A stretch of 32,000 nucleotides of DNA, taken from assembly GCF_944326445.1 (NCBI RefSeq), contig NZ_CALVDZ010000001.1; one strand, written 5' to 3'. Shown here piece after piece: positions 1-7,987 of this stretch; the first letter of the stretch is position 1, and every line of letters starts with the position of its first letter. The notes under the pieces were generated by a model. It worked only from the letters and a program-made list of their open reading frames with translations, had not been told where the DNA came from and made no database searches. The translations under genes and the position numbers were made by a program. The stretch is from an uncultured Helicobacter sp. Its GTDB lineage: Bacteria; Campylobacterota; Campylobacteria; Campylobacterales; Helicobacteraceae.

Positions 1-150
1 CGCTTGCTCGTGCTCTTTGAGGGTTTGGGTATGCCCGATAAAGATTCTCAAAAACTCACAATGGTGTTAAATTTTTTGCAATATCAGCTAAGCGTAGTCG
101 CTAAGAGACTAGAAAATCTCGAGGAGAGAGACAAAAGCAATAGAGAGTAG
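1..150 (+). CDS. 3' end of an unidentified CDS (partial, continues upstream of the window)
   Basis: Frame 1 is open from base 1 to TAG at 148-150 (...VVAKRLENLEERDKSNRE*). It is too short to identify and absent from the ORF track because it is under 60 aa. Confidence 0.25.
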   Translation, partial: RLLVLFEGLGMPDKDSQKLTMVLNFLQYQLSVVAKRLENLEERDKSNRE

Positions 151-201
151 GGCAATATAGGGGAGCAAGGCGATACACAAAATAAGGCAAGGAGTGAAGC
201 A

Positions 202-2445
202 ATGCAGGAAGCAAAGCCAATGAGCACAGAGCAGATTGAGAGAGTAAAAAGCTATTTGCTAGATAATGATGAAATGCTCGCCCTCGTGTATGTGTGCGAT
301 GAAGCCCTCCTGCCCCAATTTAGCCAAACGCAGGTTATGCAGGAGTTTTTTGCGGAGTTTTTTGGAGATGTGCCTAGCGCGCAGGATTTGCACGCGCTTA
401 AAGGTTTGCTCACACCCGCACTCACGCAGCCCCTTTATGCCAAGCTCATAGGGCATTTTTGGGCATTGTGCGAGGCGCAAGTGATCACCAAGGCGTATTT
501 TCATCATCTGTTGTTATCCCTCCACGCGCACAAGGCGGATTTATCCACACAGACTAAAACCCAATCCACCCACACAGATCTCACGCGCACCCACGCTGAT
601 ATGGAGGAGTTTTATCACACTCTTCAAGGATTCTGCACGCAAGATTCACACACACAAGCCCTGCACAGAATCTGGCACAATGCAAGGGAGCAAAAGTTTT
701 CTATCGGCGTTACGGGCGTGCTAAGTGCGGGTAAGAGCACCTTTTTGAACGCCCTGCTTGGCGAGGAGATACTCGGAAGCTCCACAATCCCAGAGACTGC
801 CAATCTCACGGTGCTCCAATACGCCCATACTCAATACGCCAAAGTGCATTTTTGGAATCTTTGCGAGTGGGAGGAGATCCTTGCGGATTCACACACCGAT
901 GAGGGGCTTAGGCGGTTTGTGCAGCAAACCCAGAGCACCTTTGGGGATAGCCTCTCACGCTATATCACTAAAGAGGGCATAAGCCAGCATATCGAGCTAA
1001 GCGAGCTTAGCACCTACACTTCTGCTAATCACGCGAGCAAATTGTGCAATCTCATTAAAAAAGTCGAGCTTTTCACGCCCTTAAAGTTCCTGCAAGGGGG
1101 CGTGCATATCGTCGATACGCCCGGGCTAGACGATCCTATCACTAAGCGCGAGGAGATCACAAAGGAGTATATTAGGGATTGTGATTTGCTCATACACCTT
1201 ATGAATGCTAGTTGCGCCGCGACGCAAGTGGATGTGGATTTTATCCTAGAGACGCTTTTAGAGCGCAATATCTCGCGGCTGCTCGTTGTCCTCACGCGCG
1301 CTGATCTCATCACACCAGATGAGCTGCACCAAAGCCTGCAATACACCAAGCAAAGCCTGCAAAATGCGATTGTAAAAATCTCCCAGAGCCTAGATTCTCA
1401 CGCGATCCTCTCGCGCATTACCTTTTTGCCCATCTCTAGCTACAACGCCCTGCTAGCTCGCACGCAGCCAGACTCCGCCCCAATGCCCCTAGAGCAAACG
1501 GGGATTTTGGCGATTGAGGAGTATCTCGACACAATGCTACTAGGCGAAAACAGCCTCAAAGCGCGCGATATCGCCTATCTTTGCCTAAAATCCTTTGCGG
1601 GCATTGCCTACGAGCTCGCGCACGATTTGTCTTTAGAATCTAAGATTTTAAATGCCAGCAAAGAGGAGCTAGAGGAGTTTATCAGCCTAGAGCGCGCCCA
1701 AATGCAGTCCTTGCGCGAGCACTCTGCGCGTATCTCCCAAGCCATTATGGACAAAAACACCGAGCTTGAAGGCACGCTAAAACTCCTCAATGACTTCATC
1801 ACTATGTCGCTCCAAACCTCCCAAGACAGGCTAAAAGAGCGCGTTGTCCAAAACATCGCCTATGCTAAGAAGCAAAACCGCACTATGCCAAGAGAGGATT
1901 TGTATGAGCTTTTTAGCATCGCGCTTAAAGACATTTTTACTGACATCACGCGCGAGTATAAATACAAGCTCAATACCAAAATCACACATCTTATCCAAGA
2001 GGTGCGCAGCGAGGTGCAGGAGGCTTGCCCTAGTGTGGATTTTGTGCACACTCCGCCGAGCTTTAGCTTCTATGCCAAAGACGAGCAGATCGCGCATTTT
2101 GTGCATACGCTAAGCGATGAGGTGTTTGGGCTTAGTGGCTCTAGCGCGCTTGCCAGCAAGCTAGATTCTGTATTTAGTCAGACTTTTGCGCGCTTTAGTG
2201 AGCTTATTTTTAGCAAATCCGAGCATACCAAAGAGGGACTTTTGGAGTTTTTTGGGGGGATTGCCCAAGCAATCACGCAGGATTTCCAAACCCAAATCAC
2301 GCACAAGGAGCAGGCACTCCAAAAAGCCCTCCTGCAGTTTGAGCAAAGCAACAACCAAGAGACAAAAAACGCCCTCGCGCAAAAGCTAGATTCTATCACG
2401 CAGCTAAAAGAGCGCATCGTGCGGGCTTATAAGGAGTTAGAATGA
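202..2445 (+). CDS. Bacterial dynamin-like GTPase (DLP, first of a tandem pair)
   Basis: 747 aa. G1 P-loop GVLSAGKST within GVTGVLSAGKSTFLNALLGEEILGSS, G3 DTPGLDD, G4-like TRAD, and a long helical C-terminal stalk. AAGGAG lies 8 nt upstream of the ATG. The stop overlaps the next start (ATGA). Confidence 0.85.
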   Translation: MQEAKPMSTEQIERVKSYLLDNDEMLALVYVCDEALLPQFSQTQVMQEFFAEFFGDVPSAQDLHALKGLLTPALTQPLYAKLIGHFWALCEAQVITKAYFHHLLLSLHAHKADLSTQTKTQSTHTDLTRTHADMEEFYHTLQGFCTQDSHTQALHRIWHNAREQKFSIGVTGVLSAGKSTFLNALLGEEILGSSTIPETANLTVLQYAHTQYAKVHFWNLCEWEEILADSHTDEGLRRFVQQTQSTFGDSLSRYITKEGISQHIELSELSTYTSANHASKLCNLIKKVELFTPLKFLQGGVHIVDTPGLDDPITKREEITKEYIRDCDLLIHLMNASCAATQVDVDFILETLLERNISRLLVVLTRADLITPDELHQSLQYTKQSLQNAIVKISQSLDSHAILSRITFLPISSYNALLARTQPDSAPMPLEQTGILAIEEYLDTMLLGENSLKARDIAYLCLKSFAGIAYELAHDLSLESKILNASKEELEEFISLERAQMQSLREHSARISQAIMDKNTELEGTLKLLNDFITMSLQTSQDRLKERVVQNIAYAKKQNRTMPREDLYELFSIALKDIFTDITREYKYKLNTKITHLIQEVRSEVQEACPSVDFVHTPPSFSFYAKDEQIAHFVHTLSDEVFGLSGSSALASKLDSVFSQTFARFSELIFSKSEHTKEGLLEFFGGIAQAITQDFQTQITHKEQALQKALLQFEQSNNQETKNALAQKLDSITQLKERIVRAYKELE

Positions 2446-4265
2446 GCATCTTACAAGACTTCATCGCCCAATTTAGCGCGCTTAGATACCAAAACCCCCT
2501 AGCCCAAAAAATCCTAGCCACACGCGCGCTACTTAGTCAGCATTTCGCGCTAGATTCTGCGGATATGAGCAAGTTTGACAAGCTCCTATCCGAGCTCAAT
2601 GCACCGCTCAAAGTCGCGGTGATAGGGCAGTTTTCTAGTGGTAAGAGCACATTTTTAAACGCCCTGCTTGGCGAGGAGATACTCCCTAGTGGGATTATCC
2701 CGCTGACTTCTAAGGTGTGCGAGATAGGCTATGGAGAGAATCTCCACCTAGAGATTTTTTACAAAGACGGCACGCACAGCTTTGCGCCGCTAGATTTTTT
2801 GGAGCGAGCAGATCCGCTCATCAATGCCCAAATCAGCCACTACAAGCTTTTCGCGCCCCTGCCACTTTTGCAAGAAATCACATTTTTGGACACGCCCGGC
2901 TTTAACTCCCAAAACCAAGAGGATACTGAGGTTAGCAACGCAATCCTGCAAGAAGTCGATGGAATCATTTGGGTGAGCCTCATTGATAATGTGGGCAAAA
3001 ACAGCGAGCGCGAGATTCTGTATAACCACATCCGACATTATCGCGCCAAAAGCCTCTGCGTGCTCAACCAAAAAGACAGGCTAAAAAACGCCGCCGAGAT
3101 TGAGACAAGCCTCAACTACGCTAGGGAAGCCTTTAGCGGGATTTTTGAGGAGATTATCGCCATTTCTGCCAAAAACGCTCTAAGCGCGAAGACTCAATCT
3201 AACAGCCAGAGGGCACAGCAGCTCTATGAGGATTCTGCGATTGTGGAGGTGTTTGAGTTTCTCCACACGCACCTTATGCCCCAAAAGGCTCAAAACAAAG
3301 AGCACAGGACACTCTATGCCCTGCGCGCTTTGGTGCTGAAGTATTATCGGCGTTTGCATATCCCACAGATTTATCTTAGGAGGCTAGAGGGGATTTTGGA
3401 GGGCTATGGCGCGCTAGATTCTATGCAGGCACAGGCTCTAAATGCCCAATCCCAGCAGCTTTTCTCGCTTTTAGAATCCCGCCTGCTCACGCTCACACAG
3501 CAGATTTTTAGCGAGATTACGCGTGTCACAATGACTTTTAGCAAATCCGCCAAAAACGCCTTAGGCTTAAAAACCACGCAAATGTATGAAAAGGAAGTGT
3601 ATGTGCTGCCTCTAGATTCTGTGCTCAATGCCCTGCAGCGGCAGGATAGCCCGCTCATAGCAGAATGGCACAAGCTCTTTTTGGCACTCAAGCAGTTTGG
3701 AGTGGAGTTTGTGCGCGAGATCCCAAGTTTTGGCGAGCTTTTGCAGGAGTGGGAGAAGCAGGCTCTAGGCACGCACCCTAGGGGCACGCCGCTATTTTTG
3801 CCCTATGTGCTAAGCCTGCCGGTGCATTTGCAGGAGTGGCTCGTGCAAACCCACACTATCGCGCTTGATTTTAGCTCCGCAATGGATAGGATTAGCTCAT
3901 CGCTGCACGCCCACACGCACGAGCTCGCACAGCTTTTGGACAAAACGCTCAAAAACGCCATCAAGCTCGTGTGCTTGGAGCTAGATTCTAAGATCACTAA
4001 GGGAGTGCAAGCCTACCAAAAGGATAGCCAGAGATTCCCCCTCTATGAGCCGAGTATGGAGAATATCCGCGATATGCTACAAAGCGCGATAGGGCTTGAA
4101 TACTATCAGGAGCGACTTTTTTTGCACAACAACATCGCCAAAGCCCTCGTGCGTGAGATAGAATCTACGCTTGCAAGCGTGCGCGAGGAGCATTTAGAGA
4201 GACTAAGGGCATTGATGGCACGCAATGATGAGATTCTTGGGGCGTTGAAGTTGGTTATGAAGTGA
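2442..4265 (+). CDS. Bacterial dynamin-like GTPase (DLP, second of the tandem pair)
   Basis: 607 aa. G1 GQFSSGKST within GQFSSGKSTFLNALLGEEILPSG (nearly identical to the upstream paralogue), G3 DTPGFNS, G4 NQKD, helical C-terminus. Four-nt ATGA overlap with the upstream gene. Confidence 0.85.
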   Translation: MSILQDFIAQFSALRYQNPLAQKILATRALLSQHFALDSADMSKFDKLLSELNAPLKVAVIGQFSSGKSTFLNALLGEEILPSGIIPLTSKVCEIGYGENLHLEIFYKDGTHSFAPLDFLERADPLINAQISHYKLFAPLPLLQEITFLDTPGFNSQNQEDTEVSNAILQEVDGIIWVSLIDNVGKNSEREILYNHIRHYRAKSLCVLNQKDRLKNAAEIETSLNYAREAFSGIFEEIIAISAKNALSAKTQSNSQRAQQLYEDSAIVEVFEFLHTHLMPQKAQNKEHRTLYALRALVLKYYRRLHIPQIYLRRLEGILEGYGALDSMQAQALNAQSQQLFSLLESRLLTLTQQIFSEITRVTMTFSKSAKNALGLKTTQMYEKEVYVLPLDSVLNALQRQDSPLIAEWHKLFLALKQFGVEFVREIPSFGELLQEWEKQALGTHPRGTPLFLPYVLSLPVHLQEWLVQTHTIALDFSSAMDRISSSLHAHTHELAQLLDKTLKNAIKLVCLELDSKITKGVQAYQKDSQRFPLYEPSMENIRDMLQSAIGLEYYQERLFLHNNIAKALVREIESTLASVREEHLERLRALMARNDEILGALKLVMK

Positions 4266-4327
4266 TATTGTGCCTTGAGTGATAAAGGAAATTCGTCTCT
4301 CCCACGGGAAAACGGCTCCTTGGGTAA

Positions 4328-4439
4328 TCATTGCGTAGATTTGGCGGGTTTGGGGGAGTAGTCATTACCTATGAGGTAACTCCTACCCCCGCACCCGCCA
4401 AAAACTCCACAAACACCACCGCAATGACTAGTTTTTTTT
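4328..4439 (+). terminator. Long multi-tier hairpin ending in a T8 run (intrinsic-terminator-like, or a small structured RNA)
   Basis: Nested complementary arms: tcattgcg 4328-4335 / cgcaatga 4420-4427; ttggcgggt 4341-4349 / acccgccaa 4393-4401; ggggg 4352-4356 / ccccc 4386-4390; ttacct 4365-4370 / aggtaa 4374-4379. A T8 run at 4432-4439 follows. Lies about 60 nt downstream of the DLP2 stop. Confidence 0.35.
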
Positions 4440-4440
4440 G

Positions 4441-5073
4441 TTTGCAGTGGTGAGCTTATAGAATCCACACCGCGCCAAGAGGGCAAGCCAAGCGCGGAAT
4501 TTAAAGAAAATAGAGAATCTAAGAAAGGCTTAGAATCTAGTCTAACAGAATCTCAAGCAGATTCAGAATCTAGCCCCACAGATTCTGAAGCCATTACTCT
4601 AAAAGAGATTCTAAGCAACGCACAAAGACAGAATCTACAAAGTTTCCCATAGATTCACAAACGCATAACTAAGATTCACATAAGACAGATTCTAAAATAT
4701 CACAGAATCTAGCGCGGATTTAGAGGCGATTACAGAATACAACGCGGAGATTCTGAAAAATAAAAAATACACAATCCAAGTGGCGCAGAATCTACGCAAT
4801 TCCTCGCAGATTTTCGCACACGGAGTCTAGGGGGCACGGAATTTAAGGCATTTACAGAATCTAGCCCGATAGATTCACAAACACACAACCAAGCTCCAAA
4901 CAACGCGGATTCTAAACAGCGCACAAAGACAGAATCTAAGCCCAAAAAGCTTACAGAAATCCCTACCACAGAGAAAACCAAAGCAGATTGAGGCTAACCC
5001 TGCGCAATCTGATCCCATAGATTTTGCTATCTACAAAACCAAACGCCATAGAATCTAAAAGTAGCGACGAGAT
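4441..5073. repeat. Non-coding island of degenerate repeats densely loaded with AGAWTCT
   Basis: About 14 AGAWTCT copies in roughly 570 bp. Internal duplicates include gcacaaagacagaatcta (about 4620 and 4920) and catagattcacaaac (about 4650 and 4870). No convincing ORF. Confidence 0.7.
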
Positions 5074-5355
5074 CTAGTGCCCCTCATAGCTCTTTAAAAT
5101 CTCACACGACTTGCGATTGTTTTGGAAAAAACATTCCTCTTGGAGCTGATTTGGTGTTGGCTTTTCTTGCTGCTCTTTGGCTTTGTTGGCGCGGTATTGC
5201 TTCATCTCAAAGTGGTTAGAGACATACACAACGACGCAAATAAGCACGATGAGCGCGATATTGACGCCATTTAGGGGCATTCTGCCACAAAACCCACATC
5301 GTCTTTTAGAATCCCTTTGAGCCCCCCTCTTGCTATCCCTTTTGGTATCCCTCAT
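5074..5355 (-). CDS. Hypothetical small single-pass membrane protein
   Basis: The track ORF is 5074..5448. An internal ATG at 5355 is preceded by GGGAG 5 nt upstream. Basic N-terminus (MRDTKRDSKRGAQRDSKRR), one hydrophobic helix (VNIALIVLICVVVYV). No recognisable family. Confidence 0.3.
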   Translation of the reverse strand: MRDTKRDSKRGAQRDSKRRCGFCGRMPLNGVNIALIVLICVVVYVSNHFEMKQYRANKAKEQQEKPTPNQLQEECFFQNNRKSCEILKSYEGH

Positions 5356-5506
5356 TTTCACTCCCTGCGCAAATTTTGGGAATTGTAGCGTGTTTTTTGC
5401 CCCAAGGCAACTCCTTGCTAATCTTGCTAAAACTTTAAGCATTTTCATTTTATGATTGCACTTTCTTTTCTCCCGACAAATCTTAGACTAATGGTAAGGA
5501 TTGGTA

Positions 5507-6715
5507 ATGCTGATTGTGCAAAAATACGGCGGCACGAGTATGGGTGGGTGCGAGCGGATAGAAAATGTCGCGCAGCGCGTCCTACACACCCTAGAGCGCC
5601 ACAAATGCGGATTAGTCGTCGTCGTCTCGGCGATGAGTGGGCAGACAGATACGCTGCTAGAATACGCGCATTTTTTCTCCTCTCTCCCAAACACGCGCGA
5701 GGTGGATATGCTCCTTAGCTCCGGGGAGCGTGTCAGCAGCGCACTCCTTGCCATCGCGTTAGAATCTAAAGGCATCAAGGCAATATCCCTAAGCGGGCGC
5801 GGTGCGGGGATTATCACAGAGGATACGCACACCAAAGCGCGTATCAAGCATATCGATACGACGACTATCAATCGCCTTTTACAAGAGGGCTATGTCGTAG
5901 TGGTGGCGGGCTTTCAGGGTGTTACCCAAAAGGGCGAGGTGACCACGCTTGGGCGCGGCGGGAGCGATCTCTCGGCGGTGGCTCTAGCGGGCGCGCTCAA
6001 TGCGGATTTGTGCGAGATTTACACCGATGTCGATGGGATCTACACCACCGATCCGCGCATAGAATCTAAAGCCAAAAAAATCGATAAGATCAGCTATGAT
6101 GAAATGCTAGAGCTCGCGTCTATGGGGGCTAAAGTGCTGCTTAATCGCTCCGTAGAGCTCGCAAAAAAACTCAAAGTAAAACTCGTCTCGCGCAGCTCGT
6201 TTTCTGCGAGTGAGGGGACATTGATAACAGATGAGGAGGATATTATGGAAAAACCCATCGTCAGTGGCGTGGCACTAGACAAAAATCAAGCTAGGGTGAG
6301 CATAGCCGATGTGCTCGATCGCCCCGGGATTGCCGCAGAGATTTTTGGCGCGCTTGCAGAGGCAAATATCAATGTGGATATGATCGTCCAAACTATCGGC
6401 AGAGACGGCAAGACAGATATCGACTTCACAATCCCACAAACCGAAGTCGAGCTTGCTAAAAAAGTCCTAGAGTGCTTCAAAAAAGATGTCCAAAGCATCG
6501 AGTATGACTGCGATATCGCCAAAGTCTCTATCGTGGGCGTGGGTATGAAATCCCATAGCGGCGTGGCAAGTATCGCGTTTAAGGCGTTGGCAAAGGAAAA
6601 TATCAACATTATGATGATTGGCACGAGCGAGATAAAAATCTCTATGATTGTAAATATCAAATACGCCGAGCTAGCGGTGCGCACGCTGCACGATGTGTAT
6701 GCGCTTGATAAATAA
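5507..6715 (+). CDS. lysC: Aspartate kinase
   Basis: MLIVQKYGGTSMG N-terminus, GGSDLSAVALAGAL, and C-terminal ACT-type regulatory region. The ATG at 5507 is favoured over the TTG at 5501 because TAAGGA lies 6 nt upstream. Confidence 0.92.
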   Translation: MLIVQKYGGTSMGGCERIENVAQRVLHTLERHKCGLVVVVSAMSGQTDTLLEYAHFFSSLPNTREVDMLLSSGERVSSALLAIALESKGIKAISLSGRGAGIITEDTHTKARIKHIDTTTINRLLQEGYVVVVAGFQGVTQKGEVTTLGRGGSDLSAVALAGALNADLCEIYTDVDGIYTTDPRIESKAKKIDKISYDEMLELASMGAKVLLNRSVELAKKLKVKLVSRSSFSASEGTLITDEEDIMEKPIVSGVALDKNQARVSIADVLDRPGIAAEIFGALAEANINVDMIVQTIGRDGKTDIDFTIPQTEVELAKKVLECFKKDVQSIEYDCDIAKVSIVGVGMKSHSGVASIAFKALAKENINIMMIGTSEIKISMIVNIKYAELAVRTLHDVYALDK

Positions 6716-6736
6716 AACTCACAGAATCTAGAATCT

Positions 6737-7321
6737 ATGGAGCGACTGGATATATGGCTTAAAAACGCCATCAGACAAGAAGACAACAAGGGCATTATGA
6801 GTGGCTGGCTCGAGGAGCAGCGGCTGGGGCTCGTGCCGCTTTTTTCTCGTGTATTTACGCATATTTTGCAGGGCGGGAGCTTGGTGGTGCTTGCTGATAC
6901 GCAGCGGCAGTGGTTTAGCAAATATATCACGCAAAATATCAACCTCCCTAGCAAGACGCGCCCGTTTTTCCCCATCTTTGAGATAGAATCCCTAGGCTTT
7001 ATGATTGATATGAATCTCAACTACAATAGCGCGCCCGATAGGCATTTTGGCGCGATTAACAAAATGCTTGAGCACTCTTTTGCCAAAAACTATATGCTTT
7101 GGTATATTGGCAAAAAAACCATTCGCGGGGATTTCGCGCTCTTTTCTGTGTCGGTAGAGCCCTTTGTGTGGCTTATCGATGGGCAGGATATGCCGACTAA
7201 AACCATTCGCCTAAGCTCGCTTGATGATTTGCTAGATTATAAGCTCTTACAACTCTATCGCTTGTTTGAAAAGGCTCTGTGTGGCGTGGTGTTTGGGCAG
7301 ATTTCGCTAGATTTTTCATAA
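6737..7321 (+). CDS. hobA: HobA-like DnaA-binding replication initiation factor
   Basis: 194 aa, in the position between lysC and holB that HP1230 (hobA) occupies in H. pylori. GGSLVVLADTQRQWF and DDLLDYKLLQLYRLFEKAL resemble my recollection of HobA. The call rests on synteny and memory, not on an alignment. Confidence 0.6.
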   Translation: MERLDIWLKNAIRQEDNKGIMSGWLEEQRLGLVPLFSRVFTHILQGGSLVVLADTQRQWFSKYITQNINLPSKTRPFFPIFEIESLGFMIDMNLNYNSAPDRHFGAINKMLEHSFAKNYMLWYIGKKTIRGDFALFSVSVEPFVWLIDGQDMPTKTIRLSSLDDLLDYKLLQLYRLFEKALCGVVFGQISLDFS

Positions 7322-7339
7322 TTTTTCACAAAGGTGTAA

Positions 7340-7987
7340 GTGGTGGGAGTTTTTGTCGGGGAGCTACACATCAGCACACAGGCCCAAGAGATCGTGCGTG
7401 AGATCACCGCACCGCTCCAAAAGGGGGATTATGTGATTTTTAATCCCACAAATGACAAAGGCAAGGAGGTGGAATTTCGCATAGATGACGCGCGCGAGGT
7501 GATAGCACAGAGTTACCTTGCTAGCCAGAGGGAGCGCTTCATCATCCTAAGCGCGCCATCATATAGTATAGAATCCCAAAACGCGCTGCTTAAGATTCTC
7601 GAGGAGCCGCCCCAAAATGTGCATTTTGTGCTCATCGCGCCGAGCAAAAACGCGCTTTTGCCCACAATCCTCTCAAGGCTCCATACCCACATACACAAGA
7701 TTCAAAAGACTTTCGCGCCCTTTGAGCTTGATTGCAAAAAGCTCACGCTAGCGGGGATTTATGAGTTTTTGCGTGAGTGCGATAGACAAAACCGCACCAC
7801 CACAGAGATAAAAGAGCATATCCAAGCCCTGCTTTTTGCGCTGCACAAAAGTGCCATTGTGCTCACTCGTGCGGAGCTAGAGGCGTTTGATGAGGCGATT
7901 AAATTAGCAGATAGCTATGTGAGGGAGAGCTATATCTTTTTGCCTTTGCTGCTAAAGATTCACAACAAGCAAAAAGGAGGGCGATAA
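7340..7987 (+). CDS. holB: DNA polymerase III delta' subunit
   Basis: NALLKILEEPPQNVHFVLIA...LLPTILSRL is the typical delta'/clamp-loader box. GTG start. Lies between hobA and folP. Confidence 0.8.
   Translation: MVGVFVGELHISTQAQEIVREITAPLQKGDYVIFNPTNDKGKEVEFRIDDAREVIAQSYLASQRERFIILSAPSYSIESQNALLKILEEPPQNVHFVLIAPSKNALLPTILSRLHTHIHKIQKTFAPFELDCKKLTLAGIYEFLRECDRQNRTTTEIKEHIQALLFALHKSAIVLTRAELEAFDEAIKLADSYVRESYIFLPLLLKIHNKQKGGR

Noticed and set aside
4730-4981. An 83-aa minus-strand ORF in the repeat island, and likewise 11610..11807 (65 aa) inside the R1 array.
   Set aside because: Both are made entirely of repeat sequence, lack ribosome-binding sites, and have low-complexity translations.
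4441-5073. The island could be a replication origin, given multiple GATTCACA words resembling the H. pylori DnaA box (TCATTCACN, as I recall) and hobA 1.7 kb away.
   Set aside because: The GATTC part is simply the window-wide AGAWTCT-type word. There is no dnaA gene or obvious AT-rich unwinding element adjacent, and epsilonproteobacterial origins flank dnaA. I cannot support this without GC-skew or dnaA context.
6286-7020. Long antisense ORFs: 6286..7020 (244 aa), 20871..21551 (226 aa), 13048..13599 (183 aa), 24046..24552 (168 aa), 10532..11008 (158 aa), and many shorter ones in the track.
   Set aside because: Each lies opposite a CDS with clear family motifs (lysC/hobA, fdhA, PPIase, fdhC, xseA). 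The translations are Ser/Arg/Cys-rich with no motifs, typical of shadow frames.
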